From Sedimentisphaerales bacterium (GTDB taxonomy: Bacteria; Planctomycetota; Phycisphaerae; Sedimentisphaerales; Anaerobacaceae): a stretch of 64,000 nt of DNA. The DNA lies in the NCBI GenBank assembly GCA_963708075.1, contig OY970194.1, positions 1,888,001 to 1,952,000 on the forward strand, in the 5' to 3' direction. The stretch's first letter is position 1. Every line of letters begins with the position of its first letter. Shown here one piece after another: positions 55,586 through 64,000 of this stretch. A program made the position numbers and the translations under genes. Below the pieces are notes generated by a model. That model saw only the letters and a list, made by a program, of their open reading frames with translations. It did no database searches and had not been told where the DNA came from.

Positions 55586-58213
55586 CTATTCCGCGGTCAG
55601 CACAATGCTGTCGATGATGATAATGCCCAGCCCGCCGGTCGCGGGTGCGGCCCGGGTGCCGATGCCGAGGAACAGGTGCGTCACCTTGGTCAGGTCCACG
55701 CCCGCCAGTTGGGTGAACGGGACCGATTTCTGCAGCCAGTAGAACTTACGCAGGTCGGCCGCCGGAGCGACGGTTGCCACGGCTTCCCGACCCGCCGCAT
55801 CCTTCACACCCAGATACAGGACATCGCCGGCCTCCACAGTGTTATTGACGTCGCCCTGGATCCAGAGAGTCACGCCGGTGCTGCCGCTGCGCGTGAAGTC
55901 CTGGGCCGGGCTGAAGGAGCGCATGATTTCCGATAAGAGAACACCGGCCACCTTGCCCTCGAAGTCGACGAACTGACCGGTGTTGTTGTATCCGAGCGGC
56001 AAGCCCTGGCCGGCATCAACCACCATGCTGCGCGTCATGAGCGGCTCCTGGGTGTAGCCGGCGGTGGAGCCGGTTCCATTGCCGCCGTAGCCATCCGACC
56101 AGACGTCCCAGACGTCCTGGCCTCCCTCATCGAAGTAGGTGTTGTAGGCGTCGAAATCGTCGATCGCCAGCGGATTCTCCTGGCGCTCGGGTTTCGTCCC
56201 CGCGGCTGCGACAGCGGCCACCTCATCCTTGCTCAAGGCCCGGCTGTAAAACCGCAGGTCATCCAGAGCCCCAACAAAACGGCGGTCTGCACTCAGCGTA
56301 TCGGAGCCCAGCGTCATGTTCCCGCTGAACGTCACGGGGTCGTGGAGCCGGGCGAGCTCCCGCGAGATATTCACGCCGTCGAGATAGAACGTGACCTTCT
56401 CGGGCACCGCGACCATGGCCACAAAGGACCACTCATCGACGGGCACGATCAGGTCGCAAGCGTATTGCCAGCTCTCCGTGGCATCCAGCCAGTGATAGCC
56501 GAGCTGATTGTCGGGCATCAGGTTGATGCCAGCGGTTGAGGTACCGGCGCGCATGAAGACGATTCCCGTGCGACCATGGACCTTCGCCGGCTTGACCCAC
56601 GCGGTCATCGTAATCGTACTGGTGGTGACATTCGCCGGCGGCGTGGTGATCAGATCGTCCGCCGTCAGCTCGATGGCTGAGCCGTCCACGCCCTCTGTCC
56701 AGTCGATCTGCCCCTGGATCGCGCCGTGCAGGCCGTGGCCGGACATATCCACGATCGACACGCTGCCGACCTGATCCATGGTCCACCAGCCCAGTAGCGA
56801 ATCGTCCTGTACGGGAATCACGCCAACGGTGGAGAAACTCCAGACCGGGCCCTTGACGGTGCCGCCGACAGTGGATTCGTCCACGCGCCAGTAGTAGGTC
56901 TTGTCCGGCTCCAGACCTTGCGGTGCATGTGAGTTTTCCGCCTGAGGGACGCCGCCCGTCGCCTCGGCAACTGTGGCGGCGTCGGTGCCGACATACACGG
57001 TGTGCAGCAGGGCGCCCAACCCGGGTTTCCAAGTCAATACCTGGTCGGGTCGGGCATAATCGCCGCCCTCGGCGGGGACCGGATCATATGTCGTGGTCGG
57101 CGGCACGCTGAAGCTCCAGACCGGTCCGGCTGTGAGGTCGCCGCCGGCCGCGACCTCATCCACGCGCCAGTAGTATGTGGCGCCGGGGGTCAGGCCTTCG
57201 GGCATCAGTTGGCCGGCTGTACCCAGCAGCACAGGGGGCTGGGTGGCCACGGCCCCGAGCGCCGATTCCTCGGCGTTGGCTACCGCGTCGCGGTTCGGAC
57301 TCACGTAGACCCGATGGGTGCCGGCTCCTTCACCGCTGTCCCACGCCAGGGCGACGTAGGTCTCGCTGAGCAGAGTTTCGGAGGCCGGTTGGGGGTTCGC
57401 GGCGGCCTTGTGCACCAGATACTCGTTGCGAAGATACTGTGTCAGGGTCGCTACCTCCTCTGCGGAGAGCACGCGGTTGTACACGATCAACACGGCCAGG
57501 TCGGCCGTGACGAGGTCACCGCTGTAGAAGGTCCCACCCGGACTGTGGCCACCGCCTACGGACACGATATTGCCGCTCTCCGGGAAGGTCACGGTGTTGT
57601 TGGGCTTGTTCTGCTTGAGGATCTGCTGTACGCCATCGACGTAGTAGACTAGAGCGGATTGCTTGGTCCCCTGAGCCGCCTGCCATACCCCGACGTGGAA
57701 GTTCGTGTCCATCGGATTCGGATTGCTGGCCAGGGACCATCCGTTGTTCAAACGAAATCCCGACCCCTCGCTCGTGCCCTGTTGGGTACAGACATCCAAC
57801 GCGATCAGGGCGCCGCCCACGGCATCGTAGGCGCCGAAGTGCGCCAGACGCTCGTGGAGGATGCCGCTCTTGTCGCCGGTGGCGACCGCGACGGCCGTGA
57901 CACCGGCCTGAACGTCCGGGATGGAGAATTGTGCCGAAGACAGCGCCTCGGCGCCGTTGAACCGGACCACCGGTTTGCCGTAGAGCGCCTCGGCCTTGTA
58001 CTGCGGCGTCCCCGAGCCGACGTCGCGCACCGTCCCATCGACGGGATCGTCCTGCGCCGAGTCGATCCACAAGGCAACCGGGTCGCCGTCCTGCAGGCCG
58101 GTGATGGAATCCGCCCGCAGATGGACGATCAAACCATCAGTGACCGGCAGTTGCCCATACCCGCCGGATGCGAAACACAGACACAGCACTACCGCCAAAA
58201 CACTCTTACCCAT
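55586..58213 (-). CDS. Secreted LamG/concanavalin-like multidomain protein
   Basis: Signal peptide; two YYWRVDE...GPVWSF repeats; GALDDLRFYSRALS. Confidence 0.8.
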   Translation of the reverse strand: MGKSVLAVVLCLCFASGGYGQLPVTDGLIVHLRADSITGLQDGDPVALWIDSAQDDPVDGTVRDVGSGTPQYKAEALYGKPVVRFNGAEALSSAQFSIPDVQAGVTAVAVATGDKSGILHERLAHFGAYDAVGGALIALDVCTQQGTSEGSGFRLNNGWSLASNPNPMDTNFHVGVWQAAQGTKQSALVYYVDGVQQILKQNKPNNTVTFPESGNIVSVGGGHSPGGTFYSGDLVTADLAVLIVYNRVLSAEEVATLTQYLRNEYLVHKAAANPQPASETLLSETYVALAWDSGEGAGTHRVYVSPNRDAVANAEESALGAVATQPPVLLGTAGQLMPEGLTPGATYYWRVDEVAAGGDLTAGPVWSFSVPPTTTYDPVPAEGGDYARPDQVLTWKPGLGALLHTVYVGTDAATVAEATGGVPQAENSHAPQGLEPDKTYYWRVDESTVGGTVKGPVWSFSTVGVIPVQDDSLLGWWTMDQVGSVSIVDMSGHGLHGAIQGQIDWTEGVDGSAIELTADDLITTPPANVTTSTITMTAWVKPAKVHGRTGIVFMRAGTSTAGINLMPDNQLGYHWLDATESWQYACDLIVPVDEWSFVAMVAVPEKVTFYLDGVNISRELARLHDPVTFSGNMTLGSDTLSADRRFVGALDDLRFYSRALSKDEVAAVAAAGTKPERQENPLAIDDFDAYNTYFDEGGQDVWDVWSDGYGGNGTGSTAGYTQEPLMTRSMVVDAGQGLPLGYNNTGQFVDFEGKVAGVLLSEIMRSFSPAQDFTRSGSTGVTLWIQGDVNNTVEAGDVLYLGVKDAAGREAVATVAPAADLRKFYWLQKSVPFTQLAGVDLTKVTHLFLGIGTRAAPATGGLGIIIIDSIVLTAE

Positions 58214-58370
58214 TTTTCATCCTCCTGGATCTTGTGGCCTGCTACACATGTACTCTCATCCACTCCACCGGCACGAACCAACACCCTGAACGGACGGGTG
58301 CCCCATCTTGTCCTCGAATCATAGTCGCCTGGTTTCTCGGGCCTACTTATGTGACAAGCGATGAACAACA

Positions 58371-59606
58371 TCACTCCATGGTCCACAAGGCAACCGAGTC
58401 CTTGTCCCGGATGAAAATGCTCTTACCGGCGACAATGGGGTGAGCCCAGATTTCGGGGTCGCCTACTTTGTAGCGGGCCAGTTCCATATACTGCTTGTCA
58501 CTGGGCAGATAGATGGCCAGCTCTCCGTTGACTGCCAACGCCATCAGGCAGGAACCAGCATCAACGATGGCGGCACTCGGGCCCCGGGCGGCCGTGTCGG
58601 CCCAGAGCAGCTTGCCTGTCTGGGCACTGAGGCACAAAAGCTTGGTAGCAGCATAACCGAACAGCAGGCCATCCCGCAGCACAGGGGTGGTGAACGTCGA
58701 ACCCGCCTGCGTGTCGCTATTGGTCCATACCGATTCCGCCGCGAATTTACCTTCCTTCTTGACGACCTTGATGGCCAGTGTGCCCATGCCTTGTCCCGTG
58801 ACGTACACCGTCTGCCCATCGATCACAGGAGTGGTCGTGTTGACCGGCCGGGCCTTGAACGGCACCTGCCACAGGAGAGTCTGGTCGGCTAAGCTGATCC
58901 CGATCACCTGCTTCTCGTTGATCGTCACAATCTGCTTGGTGCCCTCCACGATCATGATAACCGGCGACGAGGGGGCGGGGGCATCACCGGTGTACTTCCA
59001 CTTCGCGTGCCCGCTGGCCAGGTCGAACGCGATCAGTGCCCCCTGGCCCTTGCCGCCGACGTACACGACGCACAGCCCATCGACGATGATCGGAGACATC
59101 GATGACTCAAATTGGTGGGCGATGTCCAGATAATCTGCGGCGGACTGCTTGCGCCAGAGGACCTTGCCTGTGGCGGCATCCACGCAGGAGAGAATCCCCC
59201 CGACGCCCAGCACGCAGACCTTGCCATCGGCCACAACCGGCGAACTGCGCGTGCCGGGGTGCCGCGAGCTGACACCGGTGACGACAAACTGCGAAGGATA
59301 GACCTCCTGCCAGAGTATCTTGCCGGTGACGGCATCGATGCAACTCATGACTTCGTTGTCCTCCTGACGGCCGAAGGTGTACAGCTTGTCGCCCACCAGG
59401 GCGGGCGAGGAATCGCCGACGCCCACCGCCACTTTCCACTTCCGCGTCAGTTCCTTCGGCCAACTCTGCGGCGGGACAAATCCACTCAACTTCCCGTCGC
59501 GGTCGGGCCCCCGCCATTGCGGCCAGTCCTGCGCGAAGACGTGACCTGCACCGGCCAGAATCACGATCCCGGCCACTATCGCTGCCAACCTGCCTGCGCT
59601 CATCAT
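58371..59606 (-). CDS. PQQ-like beta-propeller repeat protein
   Basis: DWPQWRGPDRDG, SSPVVADG, WAHPIVAG. Confidence 0.88.
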   Translation of the reverse strand: MMSAGRLAAIVAGIVILAGAGHVFAQDWPQWRGPDRDGKLSGFVPPQSWPKELTRKWKVAVGVGDSSPALVGDKLYTFGRQEDNEVMSCIDAVTGKILWQEVYPSQFVVTGVSSRHPGTRSSPVVADGKVCVLGVGGILSCVDAATGKVLWRKQSAADYLDIAHQFESSMSPIIVDGLCVVYVGGKGQGALIAFDLASGHAKWKYTGDAPAPSSPVIMIVEGTKQIVTINEKQVIGISLADQTLLWQVPFKARPVNTTTPVIDGQTVYVTGQGMGTLAIKVVKKEGKFAAESVWTNSDTQAGSTFTTPVLRDGLLFGYAATKLLCLSAQTGKLLWADTAARGPSAAIVDAGSCLMALAVNGELAIYLPSDKQYMELARYKVGDPEIWAHPIVAGKSIFIRDKDSVALWTME

Positions 59607-59839
59607 GATAGTAACCTCTCGTTCTCCCCCAAGAATTCCGATTGAATGCCCCATGCGGCAACGATGGGTCACTGCTTATCCAGACGCTGTACTATGCGTG
59701 TTTTCTGTTGGGCATGTTTCACCACTGATTCCATGAGGTCTTTGATATACCCTATGGCAAACAATGTCCCTATGTCGCTGTAATCAGGGCGTTCATTGCC
59801 GTCTCCTACCGCCGTTGGAACAGGATCGAGTCAGAGCGG

Positions 59840-60381
59840 TCATCGAAAGCCGACATCATAATAAGTTCTTACGGCTTCGTACATATCCATCTTGTCGTTA
59901 CCGGAACTTGAATGCGCCGGGTCTGCTCGTCCAAACCCTCCAATGATTCGATGTGCCGCACGGACAACCTGCGGCATCACAGAAGCCACTTCCGATGACA
60001 GATACAGTCCGAGCCCCCTCTGCCGCGGCTGAACCCCAAGGATGTGCACTTCAGGACGCTGCTTTTCATCGAGGAATTCCAGAACCCCGAGCAACCCCAA
60101 CCCGTGCAGGGAGTGTCTCTGGCCAGACTCTGCAAGATCTCCGCTACGGCAGTAGTACAGAGTTCCCGGCGGCTGGCCCGCGTCCATCGCGTCAATCACC
60201 AGAGCCTTGACACATCGCTCAAGGAAGGGAAGTGCGCGAGGAAGTCCGTCTCAGTGGCCAGGACCGTCGTCTCAGGAGGAGGTCCCCCCTGAAGGGCACG
60301 AGCTGCGTGGACACCGATCCCGTCATCGGATAGCAGACAATTTCCAATCCCAAGGATCAGATAGGGTTGCCAAGGATCCAT
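59840..60381 (-). pseudogene. Hydrogenase maturation protease, frameshifted near 60235
   Basis: ILGIGNCLLSDDGIGV in one frame; ALVIDAM...HSLH...ILGVQP in the next. Confidence 0.82.
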
Positions 60382-60393
60382 ATGCGACAGAGC

Positions 60394-61818
60394 TCAGAAC
60401 ACGATCACGCGCGCAGGATTGGACGGCCGGCAAACATGGACCGCACAAGCCAGACACGGGTCAAATGAATGAATGATGCGCAAGACCTCGATAGGCTGCC
60501 TGGAATCTGCCACCGGCGTCCCGACCAGGGCCTTCTCCATCGGCCCCGGCTTCTGTTGGTCATCTCTGGGCGAACCATTCCAGCAGGTCGGCGTGACCAC
60601 CTGGTAGTGGGCGATCTTCCCGCCCCGAATCTTCAGCCAGTGTCCCAAGGCCCCGCGCGGGGCTTCGGTCAGTCCGGCCGCCTCTGCGTCGGCCGGGGCG
60701 GCCCACCCCGTGTAGACCGGTTCATCCACCTTGATCTCGTTAAGCCAGCCCGGCAGCGCTTCCACGATCTCCCGAGCCTCGACGGCCCGTGCCCGATGTC
60801 GATCATGAACGGAGATCCCCTTTCGATACGAGCCACTGATCATCATCCGGGCCAGTGGACCTGTTTCATAAGGTTGGCCTTCATACCGGGGAGCCTTGAG
60901 CCACGAATACGCCCCCTCTTTGGGATACACGGCCTGAGTTGCACCATTGGAGGGGTGGCGGTTCGTCGAGCCATCATCGTACCATGAACACCTGACCTGT
61001 TCTGTGACAGCATCGGGATTCATCGGCTGGATCTGCAAACCTCCGTCGGTCAGCCGCCCAGCGGTGAAGAACTGTCCTTTCCCGGCCGCATCCAACGCGA
61101 ATCCCCCGAACGCCAGCAAGTTCCCGTATCCTCGGCCAAGCTGGTTATACTCAGGATACTGCGAAGCCACGAAATCCACGTCGGGCGCGTACACGCTCCG
61201 GATGAATTCAGCGACGATCCCGCAGTACTTGCGAAACTCGGCAATCTGGGCCGTCGTTGGCACATTCGTGAAACCCCCGGGGACGAACGCCGGCGAGTGC
61301 GGCTGGCGACCTGCAAACACGGCGGCCATCTCATTCGTCTGCCGGACAACCTTGAGCGCGGCCTTGTAGTGATCCACCAGTCGTGCCGAATCATCGGCGC
61401 TGATCCGGCGGTCCACATTCCACTGCGGCTCCCACGGCGGCATCTTGGGTCCCCCGACATAGTCCAGCAGCGACAGGTGATAGAAATGAAGGATATGGGA
61501 CTGGATGAAATTCGCCCCCATCACCAGATTGCGTAATACGCGAGCATTCTCTGGGATTGTCCCTTGCCCCGCCTTTTCCAGTGCCATCGCTGCAGCTACT
61601 CCGTGAGGTACCGAACAGACTCCGCAGATCCGTTGCGTCAGGTGAGGCGCCTCCGACGGGTCCCGATCCACGAGCATCGTTTCGAAGCCGCGGAAAGAGG
61701 TCCCGGATACGCGTGCATCAACAACCTGCGGCTTCCCTTCGATGGAATCAATGGTCACATCGACCCGCAGATGACCTTCCAATCGTGTCACAGGATCAAT
61801 CGTAACAACAGTCGGCAT
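60394..61818 (-). CDS. [NiFe]-hydrogenase large subunit (group 1-like)
   Basis: IDPVTRLEGH, QRICGVC, EAPRGALGHW, DPCLACAVH plus a cleavable tail. Confidence 0.95.
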   Translation of the reverse strand: MPTVVTIDPVTRLEGHLRVDVTIDSIEGKPQVVDARVSGTSFRGFETMLVDRDPSEAPHLTQRICGVCSVPHGVAAAMALEKAGQGTIPENARVLRNLVMGANFIQSHILHFYHLSLLDYVGGPKMPPWEPQWNVDRRISADDSARLVDHYKAALKVVRQTNEMAAVFAGRQPHSPAFVPGGFTNVPTTAQIAEFRKYCGIVAEFIRSVYAPDVDFVASQYPEYNQLGRGYGNLLAFGGFALDAAGKGQFFTAGRLTDGGLQIQPMNPDAVTEQVRCSWYDDGSTNRHPSNGATQAVYPKEGAYSWLKAPRYEGQPYETGPLARMMISGSYRKGISVHDRHRARAVEAREIVEALPGWLNEIKVDEPVYTGWAAPADAEAAGLTEAPRGALGHWLKIRGGKIAHYQVVTPTCWNGSPRDDQQKPGPMEKALVGTPVADSRQPIEVLRIIHSFDPCLACAVHVCRPSNPARVIVF

Positions 61819-61855
61819 AACCCAAGCTCCCGTATCTGATCTTACTCTTGCGGCG

Positions 61856-62776
61856 TCATCCTCGACCGCGGCCCGGGCCACGCGGCCCACCCCGGCCACG
61901 CCGGCGCGATAAGCTGGCGCCGGGGAAGGTTGGCTCCGTGCAACCCAGACACGGCGAGCCCGCGGCGATACACCAGTTCACCCGGTTGTTCCATTGCGTC
62001 GTCGGACAGGGAGCCGATGCGTCCTCGCCTCGACAACCGAGCGCCTCCATACACTGCCCCCTCACGCCAAGACTTCTGGTCTCTCCCCGGTCATGGAACG
62101 GACACTGATCGCACATTCTTCCGCTGGGATAGATAGAGGCAGGCCGGCCCGAGTTGTCCAGAGGGACGGTCTTTCCCTGGAGCAACTGAACCAGTGTCTC
62201 GACGATCCAATTCGGATGTGGCGGACAGCCGGGGACATTGATGGTGTCTTTTCCAATCGCTTCCCGGACGCTCTTGACAGCCGTCGGATTGGCTCCCATT
62301 GCGGAAACCCCGCCATAGGCCGCGCAGGTCCCGACACAGACAACCCGCGTTGCTTTTTCTGAGAGGGTCCGCACCGCCTCCTGGAAAGGCACTTCCCTGC
62401 CTCCGTCCGACCATGGGATACAGGCATGGCCGCCAAAGGCCGTCGGCACACCTCCCTCGACGAGCAAAATGAAGTTCGTCGCCGCCTTGACGCCTGTTAC
62501 GACCGATTCTCCCGCTCCGGCAGACAGAGTCGGGTGATAGACAAGATTCATGCTCTTGATCAGCACATCGGTGGCGTCGACCGGCTCCGATGACGAGATG
62601 TAGTTCAGGAATGAGATCGTGCATCCGCTGCAGCCACTGCCCTGAAGCCACAACACCGATGGAGTGTTGGGGTCGGCCAGTGCCGCCTCCAGTCCCACCA
62701 GGTCCTCCGGACCCAATCCCAGTGCTGTCGATGCCAGTGCACAGTGCTTTAGAAATGTTCGGCGAGAAATCTGCAT
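61856..62776 (-). CDS. [NiFe]-hydrogenase small subunit with Tat signal
   Basis: SRRTFLK, GCSGCTIS, GTCAAYGG, GCPPHP, WCIAAGSPCLGCTEP. Confidence 0.95.
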   Translation of the reverse strand: MQISRRTFLKHCALASTALGLGPEDLVGLEAALADPNTPSVLWLQGSGCSGCTISFLNYISSSEPVDATDVLIKSMNLVYHPTLSAGAGESVVTGVKAATNFILLVEGGVPTAFGGHACIPWSDGGREVPFQEAVRTLSEKATRVVCVGTCAAYGGVSAMGANPTAVKSVREAIGKDTINVPGCPPHPNWIVETLVQLLQGKTVPLDNSGRPASIYPSGRMCDQCPFHDRGETRSLGVRGQCMEALGCRGEDASAPCPTTQWNNRVNWCIAAGSPCLGCTEPTFPGASLSRRRGRGGPRGPGRGRG

Positions 62777-63050
62777 TCGCAATCACCTCTCACTGATGGC
62801 TATACGTCCTGATCAGCCGCGCAATCCCCAAGCCGGGTGAGCTTCCCGATGGGCGAAACCGCCTGCATTACACAACTTGTGCATCTGCCTTGATAGTGGC
62901 TGAATGCCAGAAACGGTGACAAGAAATCCTCTTGTTTTACCGTCAGCCCTGATTGCTGACCGCGCAGACGGCCTCCACCCGAGGCTCCAGCGTGTCGGCC
63001 CTTGGCGTCTTCGCGCATCTTGGTCGAACTACGACCTCGTTCGCTCCCAC

Positions 63051-64000
63051 TCAGAACTCGTAGCGCAAGCCGCCGATGACAGCCTGGGAATCATAATGGC
63101 TGCGGATCTCGCCGGTATAGTGGATGGCCAGGCTGAGGCGATCCTTGTTGATCAGGGTCAGGCCCGCGCCAAGGAGGACGCCGTCCCGGTCGATGTCCCG
63201 GCTGTCGATGGCAAATGCAGTCGTCGGTGCACCATCGAATCTGGCCACGATGGTGCGATCGTCGATGTCGAAATCGTGGTCCCAGGCGACCGTCAACTCG
63301 GGAATGACGAGCCAGGAGTCCTTGTGGAACGGGCGCGTCAGTCGCAGGCCAAGGTCGGAGATCAGGGCGTCGGTCTTGCGCTCGCCGACGACGAGGTTCG
63401 CGCCGCCCGCGCCGGTTCCACGGAACCCTTCCTCATCGAGATAGAGGCACCGCAGGGCGGCAAACGGCTGGAGGACCCAACGCCCCACATCGAGGTTGCA
63501 GCCGGTCTCGGCATAGGCCGAGTAGAGGTCGCCATCGTGGTCGCTTTGAGCCACGGTGGACAGGTCGCCGATATCGATTTGACGCACGTTGCCATAGCCT
63601 TGGCGTCCGTAGGATAGCGTCGTATCGACGTACCGCCGGCCGGTGAAGTAACTGCCGTACAGAGAGCCGAAGTAGCTGTCGACATCACCCTGGGACAGGT
63701 CGCCATCGGTACGGATATCGGCGCGGGATTCGCTATAGCTGACGCCCGCGAGCACGTTGTCCTCCAGGAGGTAATCGAGACCGAGCGCCGCGCCGGCGAG
63801 GTGGTAGTCGAACCCGGTGAAACCATCGTGGGATTCCGCGTTGGCCCAATGACCGAATCCCTCGGTCCACGTGCCGTAACGTGGCGTCCCCTCGCTCAGA
63901 GAGCCGCCGGCCTCCTGAACGTGCCGACGCAGGCTGTGCATCCGTTTGACCAGAGTCTGCGTGTATTGATAGCTCACGTCGAACGTGCTGGTGGTCAGGA
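63051..64000 (-). CDS. Autotransporter beta-barrel domain protein (5' part outside window)
   Basis: WTEGFG...GFDY...LGLDY, QPFAAL, terminal GLRYEF. Confidence 0.9.
   Translation of the reverse strand, partial: LTTSTFDVSYQYTQTLVKRMHSLRRHVQEAGGSLSEGTPRYGTWTEGFGHWANAESHDGFTGFDYHLAGAALGLDYLLEDNVLAGVSYSESRADIRTDGDLSQGDVDSYFGSLYGSYFTGRRYVDTTLSYGRQGYGNVRQIDIGDLSTVAQSDHDGDLYSAYAETGCNLDVGRWVLQPFAALRCLYLDEEGFRGTGAGGANLVVGERKTDALISDLGLRLTRPFHKDSWLVIPELTVAWDHDFDIDDRTIVARFDGAPTTAFAIDSRDIDRDGVLLGAGLTLINKDRLSLAIHYTGEIRSHYDSQAVIGGLRYEF

Noticed and set aside
1..64000. CRISPR array or rRNA genes
   Set aside because: No regularly spaced repeat-spacer units and no rRNA-like sequence seen.

Overview
GC-rich bacterial window. 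Gene content (serial ECF sigma/anti-sigma pairs, a TPR protein with two RNAP alpha-CTD domains, a long SecDF fusion, a secreted LamG protein with YYWRVDE repeats) suggests an anaerobic planctomycete such as Phycisphaerae; this is inference only. Layout: (1) 1-12.4 kb, three ECF sigma/anti-sigma pairs plus the tail of a probable fourth anti-sigma, interleaved with secreted proteins and many GTAG-type REP-like palindromes, some inside genes; (2) 12.5-22 kb, housekeeping block (TPR-alphaCTD, SpoIID, tgt, yajC, secDF, LysM, pgl); (3) 22-30.3 kb, TetR-regulated RND efflux operon with two TolC-like genes and a PII-like gene; (4) tRNA-Asp followed by an internally deleted integrase and an AlpA remnant, then a ~16 kb arsenic/organometal island (three ArsR, ArsP-, ArsE-, ArsF-like genes, thioredoxins, CcdA-like genes, arsC, arsD, arsA, acr3) that carries the mercury-methylation genes hgcAB in the ars operon and an unusual thioredoxin-NosL-MerB-like fusion; (5) a minimal type VII secretion-like cassette (two WxD-type WXG100-like proteins, a coiled-coil protein and an FtsK/EssC-like ATPase); (6) minus-strand CE4-GH9 fusion, LamG protein, PQQ-like propeller, a three-gene Tat-exported [NiFe]-hydrogenase unit and a partial autotransporter. 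Four single-base frameshifts may be sequencing errors. All calls come from motif recognition; no searches were run.
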